Shown here: positions 33,619 through 44,042 of the stretch, piece by piece
Layout: every line of letters begins with the position of its first letter
Position numbering within the stretch: the stretch's first letter is position 1
Source of the DNA: Terriglobia bacterium
Lineage (GTDB): Bacteria; Acidobacteriota; Terriglobia; Acidiferrales; 2-02-FULL-67-57
Direction: 5' to 3'
Length of the DNA stretch: 64,000 nucleotides
NCBI GenBank assembly: GCA_046757645.1
Contig: JBHHYS010000001.1
Span: forward strand, 33,793-97,792
Position numbers and translations under genes: made by a program
Notes under the pieces: generated by a model
The model's input: only the letters and a program-made list of their open reading frames with translations
What the model was told of the DNA's origin: nothing
Databases searched by the model: none

Positions 33619-34017
33619 ATGAAGGTGACGGAACTCAGCCCAGCCGGTGGACGCGCTCGGCCCGCGGGCGGACTCGAACTCTACGCCTGGCTGTTCATGC
33701 GGGTATCGGGAATCCTCTTGCTCCTGCTGGCTCTGGGGCACCTGGTAATCATGCACCTCATCCACAATGTGGATGAGATCAACTTTTCCTTCGTGGCACA
33801 GCGCTGGGCCAACCCGCTCTGGCGGCTCTTTGATTGGTTGTTGCTGATGCTGGCCCTGGTGCACGGCTTCAACGGGATGCGGGTGATGGTGGACGATTAC
33901 GTGCGCCGCCCGGGGCTGCGGGTGCTGAGCCTGGTGGGCCTCTACGTGTTGGTCTTCTTGTTTCTGGTCGTCGGGTCTCTGGTGATTCTAACTTTCCAGC
34001 CCACGGCGGGGAGCTGA
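33619..34017 (+). CDS. sdhD: succinate dehydrogenase hydrophobic membrane anchor subunit
   Basis: ATG 33619 follows GAGGGG. 3 TM helices with LGHLVIMHL and ALVHGFNGMRVMVDDY. Confidence 0.7.
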   Translation: MKVTELSPAGGRARPAGGLELYAWLFMRVSGILLLLLALGHLVIMHLIHNVDEINFSFVAQRWANPLWRLFDWLLLMLALVHGFNGMRVMVDDYVRRPGLRVLSLVGLYVLVFLFLVVGSLVILTFQPTAGS

Positions 34018-34020
34018 GCG

Positions 34021-35763
<1,743 letters not shown>

Positions 35764-36962
35764 GGCGCGCCGTACCGCCACGAGGGTATTCTCAGCTGCG
35801 TAGAAAGTCATCCGCCTCACGGCGTACGATTACGTCAGTGAATCCACCGTGGGCCGGAAGAAAGTCCGCCTTGATTCCCGCTTGTTGCAGATTCCTGATC
35901 GGTTCCCCTGTTTTGTCTCGCGCACTGCCCACAACCATTACGGCCAGCTGTCGTGGCAAGTTCTCCGCAAGGAGGTTCAGAAAGCGATGTTCCGTCGCAC
36001 GCCAACCAATGACCAGTAGCTTCGTTACTTGCGTGATGCAGGCGTGCAAGGTCTCTAACTGTTCAGGTGGGCACTCGAAATCAGGTTTCCTTTCGAGTGG
36101 GATAGCTAGTGCGGGGAAGAGAACTGACTGGTTCAATATGCTGATTGGACGATCATTCACAATGCGGTACCTGTGACTGACGTTGAGGTCAGCGGCTCTA
36201 TCTATCAGTTCGTGGGCGACTTGCATCCTATCCTTGTGTTTCAGATTCTCGAGGGGTGTATCGACTTCGCGAGCCCAATTGACGGACCCATGTAGCTTTA
36301 TCACCTTATAGGTTTCGCTTGAGACGTAGTCGGGAAGTTTCCGAATGTGGAAGCCAACCGCGGGGAGCGCATCTTCTAGCATCGTGTCGTAGTTGAAGGT
36401 GACCAGGCAAATCCGCTCTTGTGGCTTGCGCCAGCGCTCAAGCTGGTCCAACAGGGTCTTGTAGTTCGTGACGCCCCTCGCCGCGCCGTTCCAGAGGGTG
36501 ACCACATCCCAAAGCATGCAGTGAAGGTAATAACGTATGGCGGCTAGTTGCCTGTGTCGCTCGGGATACTGCTCGGCCTCGGCCTGTAGCTTTTCTAGTA
36601 CCCGCTCCACCAAAACGTCCTGCCGGCCTTGTAGATACGGGATGATAGGCTGGCACTTTGGAAACTAGGACATAAACTCCGCAAAACGCGGTCTGTCATC
36701 AAACAATTCATTCGCGAGTGGCGGACGATCGGGCAGCTTGGTCGGTGGGAAGTCCTTTGGCGGACGAGACGGGACTGAATCGTAAGATGCACCCGCTCCG
36801 AAGACCACCATAAGCATTGAGATCTCCTACTCTAATCAGGAGCTTAGGCTCTAAAATTCTACCAGACCAGAGCTAACGAATGAGCTCTGATTCCGAGAGT
36901 GCTATTAGCATATTTAGCGGATTTGTGGTAGGAAGAGAACGCCCCGATTTGGCGTTGAACGA
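35764..36962. mobile_element. low-GC insertion splitting sdhA from sdhB
   Basis: About 1.2 kb at roughly 50% G+C with one antisense gene, lying between two genes that are normally adjacent. The AT-rich right end (36818-36962) terminates in GTTGAAC (36954-36960). Confidence 0.5.
35792..36817 (-). pseudogene. SIR2-like (SIR2_2 / defence-type NADase fold) protein interrupted by an in-frame TAG
   Basis: ATG 36817 lies 8 nt after AGGAG and gives MLMVVFGAGASYDSVPS... (the GAGxS NAD loop). TAG at 36665-36667 is in frame with ORF 35792-36613, which carries LVTFNYDTMLEDAL and VIKLHGSVNW (SIR2 Asn and His motifs). Confidence 0.75.
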
Positions 36963-37660
36963 ATGAAGATCAACCTCAGGGTGCGGCGGTTCGATCGGGA
37001 ACGGGACCGGGAACCGTACTGGTCGGAGTATGAGGTCGAGAGCGAGCCCACCGACCGGCTGCTGACGCCTTACACGCGGTGAAATGGTACCAGGACGGCA
37101 CCCTGGCCTTCCGTCGCTCCTGCGCCCACGGCATTTGCGGCTCCGACGCCATGCTGATCAACGGCAAGAACCGTCTGGCCTGCAAAGTTCTGATGAAAGA
37201 GCTGGGGCAGCGGATCACGGTCGAGCCCATGCGCGGCTTTCCGGTGATCAAGGACTTGGTGGTGGACATGGAGGGGTTTTTCGGGAAGTACCGCTCCGTC
37301 CAACCCTATTTGGTCGCCAACAGCGCACCCCCGGCGAAAGAGCGCAGGCAAACCCCGGAGGAACGGGAGCGATTCGACGACACCACAAAGTGTATCCTCT
37401 GCGGCGCGTGTACCACCTCCTGCCCGGCCTTTTGGCCCAACCCCGACTACCTGGGCCCGGCAGCCATCGTGAACGCCCACCGCTTTCTCTTCGACAGCCG
37501 CGATGACGGGATGGCGGACCGCCTGGCTCTGCTGGGCGAGCGTGACGGGGTGTGGCGCTGCCGTACCATATTCAACTGCACAGACGCCTGTCCGCGCGGC
37601 ATTGAGGTCACCCGGGCCATTGGGGAGGTCAAGAAGGCGCTGTTGCTGCAGCGCCGCTAG
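36963..37660 (+). CDS. sdhB: succinate dehydrogenase iron-sulfur subunit, with an apparent 1-nt deletion at about 37064
   Basis: ATG 36963 gives MKINLRVRRFDRERDREPYWSEYEVESEPTDRLL and then hits TGA at 37080. The -1 frame continues DALHAVKWYQDGTLAFRRSCAHGICGSDAM...CILCGACTTSCP...CTDACP. CTGCTGACGCC would read through as CTGCTGGACGCC. Confidence 0.85.
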
Positions 37661-37743
37661 TGCCGTTCGCACTGACTCGCCTGCCCGCCGCCCGCCTGCG
37701 GGCAGCACCACGAGGAAGAGAAACGGGACGGGAGTGAACCGAT

Positions 37744-38268
37744 ATGAGCGGGCAAGGCCCGCCCGGGGTTGCCCGGGTGGTGGCGGAGATGGTCAAGGAC
37801 AAGAGCGAACTGGACACCCCTCTGGCCGCGCAAGTAGCGGGCGCCATCGCCAAGAGGTTTGGCGTCAGGCCGGACGAAGTGGCTGTTTTCCGGGTGGGGG
37901 GCGGGGGCAAGCAACTCGAGTTCATCGTCCCGGAGAAACTAGCTCAGGTGGGCACAATCCCTCTGACAAGTGTGACCTCCCTGGCGGTGCGCACCCTGCG
38001 TGAGCGTCGGCCGGAGATCGTCAACAACTTTAGCACTGCCATGCATCTGAGGGTGTTCGAAGGGGTGCCGCTCAGCGTGGAGGGGAGCGAGCCCATCCAG
38101 AAAATCCTCAGCGTCCCTATCGTGGTCGCGGGGAAGGCCGCCGGAGTGATTCAGGTTTCGCGCAAAGGCAAGTCTCCCGGCGCCGCCGGCCCCGACTTCA
38201 CCCCCAAGGATGTGGATGAACTGAACCAAGTGGCCGCGGCGCTCGCCTCATGTTTTCCCCCCGACTAG
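37744..38268 (+). CDS. GAF domain-containing protein
   Basis: 174 aa, GAF-like pattern (..ILSVPIVVAGKAAGVIQVSRK..). Confidence 0.55.
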   Translation: MSGQGPPGVARVVAEMVKDKSELDTPLAAQVAGAIAKRFGVRPDEVAVFRVGGGGKQLEFIVPEKLAQVGTIPLTSVTSLAVRTLRERRPEIVNNFSTAMHLRVFEGVPLSVEGSEPIQKILSVPIVVAGKAAGVIQVSRKGKSPGAAGPDFTPKDVDELNQVAAALASCFPPD

Positions 38269-40061
38269 CCGAGAAGAGCGTCACGGCGGCCTCCGGTGGC
38301 CGCCGGGCGGTTTTGCGTCTTCTCACCGCCCTGTTGGCAGTGCTGCTGGCCGCGCCGCTCGCTCCCGCGCAGGCAGAGCCGCACGCCGCTGAGACCCCGC
38401 GAATCCCGCCAAGCGGGACAGGGCAGACGCTCCGGATTACGGTGCTGGCCACCACCGACGTGCACGGCAATCTCTGGCCGTACGACTACCTGCGGGGGCA
38501 AGCGGCTGAGCGCGGCCTGGCCAAGGTAGCCAGCTACGTGAAGCGTGTGCGGGTGCGCCAGCCCCACACTTTGCTGGTGGATTGCGGCGACACCTTCCAG
38601 GGCACGCCGCTCGCCTATCTCTACGCGGAGAAAAATACTGTGGAGCTCAACCCGGTGGTGGCGGCGATGAACGCCGTGGGCTACGACGCCATGGCGGTCG
38701 GCAACCACGAGTTCAACTTCGGGCTCACCACGCTGTGGCGGCTGAAGGAGGAGGCGGCGTTTCCCATCCTGGGGGCGAACATCGTCTCCACCTACCACGA
38801 CACCCGGCGAGACTTCACGCCGTACGTTATCCGCCGCGTGGGCGGCGTGCGGGTGGCGATTCTGGGAATGGTGACCCCGGCGGTGCCGCGCTGGGAGCCG
38901 CCCGACCACCGCATCGGTTACAAGTTCCGCGACTTGGTGGAAACGGCAAAACGATTCGTGCCCAAACTGCGCCGCAAAGCCGACCTGGTCATCCTGCTGG
39001 TGCACTCCGGTCTGGGGCGCGACCCCGAGACCGGCGAACCGCGCCGGCAACTCTACCCGGAAGAGAACCGCGTCTGGGACATCGCCGAGCAGGTTCCCGG
39101 GATTGACGCCATCTTCTTCGGTCACTCCCACCAGGAGCTGGCGGGGAAGGAAGTGAATGGCGTGTTGCTGGTGCAAGCGAAGAACTGGGCGCAGTCGGTC
39201 GCCCAGGCGGAGTTCGTGCTGGCGCGGGAAAAGGCCGGGGCGCCCTGGCGGCTGATTGAGCGCCAGAGCCGCTTGGTGCCGATGGATGAAACCATCCCCG
39301 CCGACCCGGAAATCCTTGCGCTGACCCGCGAGGCCCACGAGCGCACCGAGCGCTACTTGAACACGGTGGTGGGGCAGCTCGATCGAGAGCTCGACGCCCG
39401 CACCGGGCGCATCGAAGACCATCCGCTGGTGGAGTTGATCCAGCGCGCGCAACTTCACTACGGGCGCGCGGAGGCGTCGCTGGCCTCGCTGTTCTCCACC
39501 CGGACGCGCTGGGTGGCGGGCCCGGTGACGATCCGCGACGTCTATGGACTTTACTTCTATGAGAACCAGCTCTTCACCGTGGAAATCACCGGCGCCCAAC
39601 TCAAAGAGGCGCTGGAGTACTCAGCCCGCAGCTTCAAGAGTTATCCCTGGCCCCGACAAGGTCGGGGCTCGCCGTTTGCTGACCTGCCGGGCTACAACCA
39701 CGACATGGCCGAAGGGGTCAGCTACCAGATCGACCTCAGCCGACCGCCGGGGGAACGCATCGTGGAGTTGCGCTTTGACGCCGCCCCACTCGACCCCGCC
39801 CGCCGGTTGCGCCTGGCGCTGAACAGTTATCGCTGGTCGGGCGGCGGCGGCTACCCCGAAGCTTCGGGGCTACGGCACGCCAAAGTGGTGCACCGTGCCA
39901 GGAAGCAAGTCCGGGAGCTGATCATTGACTACCTGCTCGAGCATCAACCGCTTGACACTACCGTGGATCACAACTGGGAGATCGTTCCCGCCGCGGCCCG
40001 CCAGGCATTGCGCGACTGGGTCGCGTCGCCCGAAGCCGTCATGGTTTCTCCCGTCAACTAG
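38250..40061 (+). CDS. bifunctional metallophosphatase/5'-nucleotidase (UshA/CpdB family), secreted
   Basis: TTDVHGNLWPYDY, DCGDTFQG and GNHEFNFG, plus a 5'-nucleotidase C-terminal domain. Signal peptide present. The start is uncertain because it overlaps the GAF gene's end. Confidence 0.85.
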   Translation: MFSPRLAEKSVTAASGGRRAVLRLLTALLAVLLAAPLAPAQAEPHAAETPRIPPSGTGQTLRITVLATTDVHGNLWPYDYLRGQAAERGLAKVASYVKRVRVRQPHTLLVDCGDTFQGTPLAYLYAEKNTVELNPVVAAMNAVGYDAMAVGNHEFNFGLTTLWRLKEEAAFPILGANIVSTYHDTRRDFTPYVIRRVGGVRVAILGMVTPAVPRWEPPDHRIGYKFRDLVETAKRFVPKLRRKADLVILLVHSGLGRDPETGEPRRQLYPEENRVWDIAEQVPGIDAIFFGHSHQELAGKEVNGVLLVQAKNWAQSVAQAEFVLAREKAGAPWRLIERQSRLVPMDETIPADPEILALTREAHERTERYLNTVVGQLDRELDARTGRIEDHPLVELIQRAQLHYGRAEASLASLFSTRTRWVAGPVTIRDVYGLYFYENQLFTVEITGAQLKEALEYSARSFKSYPWPRQGRGSPFADLPGYNHDMAEGVSYQIDLSRPPGERIVELRFDAAPLDPARRLRLALNSYRWSGGGGYPEASGLRHAKVVHRARKQVRELIIDYLLEHQPLDTTVDHNWEIVPAAARQALRDWVASPEAVMVSPVN

Positions 40062-40063
40062 AA

Positions 40064-40100
40064 GCAAAGGAGGCAAAGGAAGCAGAGGAGGCAAAAGAAG
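40064..40100 (+). repeat. purine-rich 9-mer tandem repeat (x4)
   Basis: GCAAAGGAG GCAAAGGAA GCAGAGGAG GCAAAAGAAG, starting 3 nt after the nucleotidase stop. Confidence 0.7.
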
Positions 40101-40150
40101 AGTGGGGGCGAACCGCGCGCGGATAAGCAGGTGAGGAAACGTGAGGTAAG

Positions 40151-40879
40151 CTATACAAACAATTCCAGAGCACGAGTGTAGTTCAACCGACTCTGATAGT
40201 ATTCTTCAACTGCTTCGTAATCCACAAACTTACACCTCCCTGCGACTTGCCTGAAAGCACCACGGCTTGCCTCCCGATCAAATTGAGGTCGGCGTTCTGC
40301 TGGGGCCACGACGAAGAACTTTGTTTGGAAATCGACGAGTTCTGAGAACTTAGTAAGCGCGCTCCTGAAGTTCGTGGAGTCTTCAATTTCGAAAGCAGTC
40401 ACAGGGAATTGTCGGGTATTAAACCAAGTTACATCAATATACCTGCTGGCTTGGACAATGTGGGCAAACGTAAAGAGCGGGATTTTCTGAAGCGTTACAA
40501 GTCGGCCAAGAGTCTTCCCGTCGAAGACCTTAGATCTATCTGGCGCGTACGTCAGGAATCCCTCGTGGTTGCCAATTTCAACAAGCATCCCCTGTACGCG
40601 CGTGTGTTTATAATTCCGTTGTTGCTCCAGTTTCCGCGGCCTTGGTGCTTTCGGCAAGCGGTCCAGATATTTGGTGAGTGCATAGACACCCAAGCCGATA
40701 CGCCTAAATCGAGAGTCTCTCTGCACTCGTTCCTGGATGGTTTTGAATGGAGTCTTGCCAGTCAGAGGCCGGTATTTTCCTATTTCCCTGTAGACCAACG
40801 AGAGTGGTGCGATATATCCATTATCGAGCAGTACGCGTTCTATTGCTTCTGAGAACGTTAGCTGATTCTTACGCTGCAC
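40151..40879 (-). CDS. HARE-HTH domain protein with restriction-endonuclease-like C-terminal domain
   Basis: N-terminus LTFSEAIERVLLDNGYIAPLSLVYREI...GKTPFKTIQERVQRDSRFRRIGLGVYAL matches the HARE-HTH pattern. C-terminus HTRVQGMLVEIG...YIDVTWF...AFEIEDST resembles a PD-(D/E)xK-type core. Confidence 0.6.
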   Translation of the reverse strand: MQRKNQLTFSEAIERVLLDNGYIAPLSLVYREIGKYRPLTGKTPFKTIQERVQRDSRFRRIGLGVYALTKYLDRLPKAPRPRKLEQQRNYKHTRVQGMLVEIGNHEGFLTYAPDRSKVFDGKTLGRLVTLQKIPLFTFAHIVQASRYIDVTWFNTRQFPVTAFEIEDSTNFRSALTKFSELVDFQTKFFVVAPAERRPQFDREASRGAFRQVAGRCKFVDYEAVEEYYQSRLNYTRALELFV

Positions 40880-40916
40880 CGTATGCGATTCTCTGCTTTG
40901 CGATTCAGCTACATAA

Positions 40917-41096
40917 CTACAAGTAGAAGCGAACGATTCGTGCTAGTTCTTCACGTGTTGATGCTCTGCCAAGATAGAAAACACGACCATCGACCAGCAC
41001 CCAAACGTCTCCGTTTTCCAGCCAGGAGATGAGCTTTCGTGCTAGTTTTGCACGGAAGAATTCTGTGTAGACTCCAAGTGAATTCTTCAATTCCAT
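40917..41096 (-). CDS. hypothetical 59-aa protein upstream of the HARE-HTH gene
   Basis: Below the ORF-track cutoff. ATG 41096 is preceded by GGAGGAGG. Sequence: MELKNSLGVYTEFFRAKLARKLISWLENGDVWVLVDGRVFYLGRASTREELARIVRFYL. Its stop lies 37 nt before the next gene. Confidence 0.45.
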   Translation of the reverse strand: MELKNSLGVYTEFFRAKLARKLISWLENGDVWVLVDGRVFYLGRASTREELARIVRFYL

Positions 41097-41206
41097 GGGG
41101 TCCTCCTCCTTTGGAACTTGCTCCTCGATTAATTGCCGCCGAGGAGCCTAGAAGGAACATCTGAGCCACAGAGTTGCAGGATAGTCTCCGATTGTAACAT
41201 CTTTGG

Positions 41207-42523
41207 CTAGTCGTAGTACTCGGTGCCCAGGTGGGTGATGAGGGGCTCGCCGCGGAGCCAGCGCAGGGTGTTCTTGAGTTTCATCATTTGGATGAAGAGG
41301 TCGTGTTCGGGGTAAAGCTCGGGGGCGCACATGGGCGACTTGAAGTAGAAGCTGAGCCACTCCTGGATGCCGCGCAGCCCAGCGCGCTGGGCGAGGTCGA
41401 GGAAGAGGGCGAGGTCGAGCACCAGGGGCGCGGCCAGGATGGAGTCGCGGCAAAGGAAATCAATCTTGAGCTGCATGGGATAGCCGAGCCAGCCGAAAAT
41501 ATCAATGTTGTCCCAGCCTTCCTTGTTGTCGCCGCGAGGGGGATAGTAGTTGATGCGCACCTTGTGGTAGAAGCCGCCGTAGAGCTGGGGATAGAGCTGG
41601 GGCTGGAGGATGTATTCCAGCACGCCCAGCTTCGATTCCTCTTTGGTCTTGAAGGAGTAAGGGTCGTCGAGCACCTCACCGTCGCGGTTGCCCAGGATAT
41701 TGGTGGAGAACCAGCCGCCCAGCCCGATCAAGCGCGACTTCAGCCCGGGGGCGATGATGGTCTTCATCAAGGTCTGCCCGGTCTTGAAATCCTTGCCGGC
41801 GATGGGAACTTTCTTTTTCTGGGCCAGCTCCTGCAAAGCGGGGATGTCCAGGGTGAGGTTGGGGGCGCCGTTGGCGAAGGGCACGCCCTCCTGGAGCGCC
41901 GCGTAGGCATAGAGCATCGAAGGCGCAATCGTCTCGTGGTTCTGCTTTAGGGCTTTTTCGAAACTGTCCAGGTCGCGGTGGACCGTGTCGGGTTTCTGAT
42001 AGACCTCCGTGGAGCCGCACCAGATCATGATCAAGCGCTGCGCACGGTTGCGGGCCTTGAACTGCTGGATGTCCTCCCGGAGCTGCTGCGCCAAGTCCCA
42101 CTTGCTCCCGCCTTTCTTGACGTAGGGGCCGTCGAGCTTGCGCACGTAGCGGGTGTCGAATACCCCCTTCATGGGCTTGATGGAGCTGAGGAAGGGCTTC
42201 AACTGGCTCAAGTGCTCGTGGTTCAGCACACCGGCCTTGCACGCCGCCTGGTAGGCGTTGTCCGGGAAGATGTCCCACCCCCCGAAGGTCAAGTCGCTTA
42301 ACTCGGCCAGGGGAACGAAGTCTTTGATCCGGGGAACCCGGTTTTCGGGCCGCTTGCCCAGGCGAATCGTGCCCATCTGGGTGAGCGAGCCGATGGCGGG
42401 GGCGTGGCAGCGCCGGACCAACTCCACCCCGGCGAAAAACGTAGTGGCCACCGCGCCCAGCCCGGGCGTCAGCACCCCGAGCCTGCCCTTGGCAGGCGCA
42501 ATCCTGCTCGGCCGACGCATCAT
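41207..42523 (-). CDS. ino1: inositol-3-phosphate synthase
   Basis: 438 aa, myo-inositol-1-phosphate synthase family throughout (e.g. NILGNRDG, SILAAPLVLDL). Confidence 0.93.
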   Translation of the reverse strand: MMRRPSRIAPAKGRLGVLTPGLGAVATTFFAGVELVRRCHAPAIGSLTQMGTIRLGKRPENRVPRIKDFVPLAELSDLTFGGWDIFPDNAYQAACKAGVLNHEHLSQLKPFLSSIKPMKGVFDTRYVRKLDGPYVKKGGSKWDLAQQLREDIQQFKARNRAQRLIMIWCGSTEVYQKPDTVHRDLDSFEKALKQNHETIAPSMLYAYAALQEGVPFANGAPNLTLDIPALQELAQKKKVPIAGKDFKTGQTLMKTIIAPGLKSRLIGLGGWFSTNILGNRDGEVLDDPYSFKTKEESKLGVLEYILQPQLYPQLYGGFYHKVRINYYPPRGDNKEGWDNIDIFGWLGYPMQLKIDFLCRDSILAAPLVLDLALFLDLAQRAGLRGIQEWLSFYFKSPMCAPELYPEHDLFIQMMKLKNTLRWLRGEPLITHLGTEYYD

Positions 42524-42765
42524 GCGCGGGAACCCTCCCCTAGTGCGGTCCTAACTTGTTATGCGTGATCGCCAAAAGTCTCATTTCTTCGCAACGCTAA
42601 TACTCTCGAGGCCTCGTGTGGCTTTCATTCAGGCTAGTTGGAACGGCACCAGGTAGCCAATCCCCCGGGCTGGTAATCTGTTATCATGTGCGAAGCTGGC
42701 CGGTTTTGCAAGCCTGTCCCGCCGTTGAAATATTCTACTCACATGGTGTCCCCGCGGTGAGGCAC

Positions 42766-43485
42766 CTAGCGTGCGTCGCGATGCGGCTGGCTCCGAGTTT
42801 TCCGTACCGGGGGATACCAGCGCACCAGCCACTCTGGAGGGAACCCCAAAAAGAAGAACGCCTGGATGAAAAACCACGCCGCCAGCGTGCGCCACAAGCG
42901 GCTATGTCGCCCCTCCCCGGCTTGCCACCGCCGGGAGGATACCCCCAAGCGCTCGGGTAAGCAGACCGTTCTCCCCGCCTTGACCAGCCGCCGGGCAAAC
43001 TCGTAATCCTCGAGCAGCGGCCACTCCCGGAAGCCGCCCAAGTGTTCAAACACGGCCCGGCGCACAAAAATTCCCGCGTCGCCGTAGAAGATTCCGAACC
43101 AGCGCCGCCAGCGGTTCACCCGCGTAAAGACCCGGCCGGGGAGCCCGTCACTGCTAAACTCCAAACTGAAACTGCCGCCCACCACCTGCGGGTCGGTCAG
43201 GGCGTGCTCTACCGCCGCCAGGGCCCCCGCGGGCAGCTGCACGTCTGCGTGGAGAAAGAGCAAGACCTCGCCGCGCGCCTGGTGCACGGCTCGGTTCAAT
43301 TGCACGCCGCGGTTGCGCTCGCTCACCACCACCCGGGCGTAGCGCTCGGCCAGCTTCACCGTCCCGTCGGTGCTCGACCCATCGGCCACCACCACTTCCC
43401 CGGCGCCCGGCTCTCTGCACAGCTGTTGCAGAAGCACTTCGAGGGTGGATTCTTCGTTGTAGGTAGGAATGATGACTGAAATCAT
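42766..43485 (-). CDS. glycosyltransferase family 2
   Basis: ATG 43485 gives MISVIIPTYNEESTL...VADGSSTDGT...LFLHAD. The ORF-track N-terminal extension looks non-coding. Confidence 0.85.
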   Translation of the reverse strand: MISVIIPTYNEESTLEVLLQQLCREPGAGEVVVADGSSTDGTVKLAERYARVVVSERNRGVQLNRAVHQARGEVLLFLHADVQLPAGALAAVEHALTDPQVVGGSFSLEFSSDGLPGRVFTRVNRWRRWFGIFYGDAGIFVRRAVFEHLGGFREWPLLEDYEFARRLVKAGRTVCLPERLGVSSRRWQAGEGRHSRLWRTLAAWFFIQAFFFLGFPPEWLVRWYPPVRKTRSQPHRDAR

Positions 43486-43514
43486 CGCGCTCCGAGGAAA
43501 ATTAGATTCCGCCG

Positions 43515-44018
43515 CTAGCGGCGGGGGGCGGCCATTTTTCGGTAATGCCGTTCGCCCTCGGCCGAGATCAGCACCCACAGCCCGTAGATCCCCACCAGCG
43601 TGCCCAGCGGAAAGCTCAGCAGAGCCAGCACACAAACCACGATTGCCAGGGGCCGCGCCCACCCCCGGTAGTCGAGCAGCCCGGCCCCGGCGGCCACCGC
43701 GGCCACCGATAGGCCAAAAGCCACCCACGCCAAGGAAGTCAACATACCGGGTAGCAGCCCGCCGGGCAGCACGTGCCCCACCCTGTGGCCCAGGAAGCGC
43801 GCCAGGGGGCCGGCAACCCAGATCATCGCCAGCGCTTTCAGCAGTCCCAATCCACCCCATAGCAGGAGCAGCGCCGCCAGCAACTTCACGTGTCGGCGGT
43901 AATCGCGCACTGGCGCCGCCGGAGCTGTCGTCACCGCGGCGGAAAGTTTCTGCCCGCAGCGGGCGCAGAAGCTGTGGGTTTCGGCCACCTCGGCCCCGCA
44001 GTTGGGGCAGTACTTCAT
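43515..44018 (-). CDS. zinc-ribbon domain membrane protein
   Basis: MKYCPNCGAEVAETHSFCARCGQKL followed by 4 TM helices. Confidence 0.65.
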   Translation of the reverse strand: MKYCPNCGAEVAETHSFCARCGQKLSAAVTTAPAAPVRDYRRHVKLLAALLLLWGGLGLLKALAMIWVAGPLARFLGHRVGHVLPGGLLPGMLTSLAWVAFGLSVAAVAAGAGLLDYRGWARPLAIVVCVLALLSFPLGTLVGIYGLWVLISAEGERHYRKMAAPRR

Positions 44019-44042
44019 CGCCTTCTCACTCTTTCCCTGCGG

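Larger units (their letters stand above)
40101..41150. mobile_element. low-GC two-gene islet (approximate bounds)
   Basis: About 48% G+C in the lines I counted, against about 70% in the flanks. Two minus-strand ORFs sit between the nucleotidase and INO1. Confidence 0.4.

Noticed and set aside
36595-36792. 65-aa minus-strand ORF overlapping the SIR2 gene start.
   Set aside because: It is out of frame with, and overlapped by, the N-terminal SIR2 segment (ATG 36817, VVFGAGAS), which explains the coding potential of this stretch.
40951-41169. 72-aa minus-strand ORF from the ORF track.
   Set aside because: It has no RBS and an implausible sequence. A different frame of the same region holds a 59-aa ORF (40917-41096) with a strong GGAGGAGG RBS, which I prefer.
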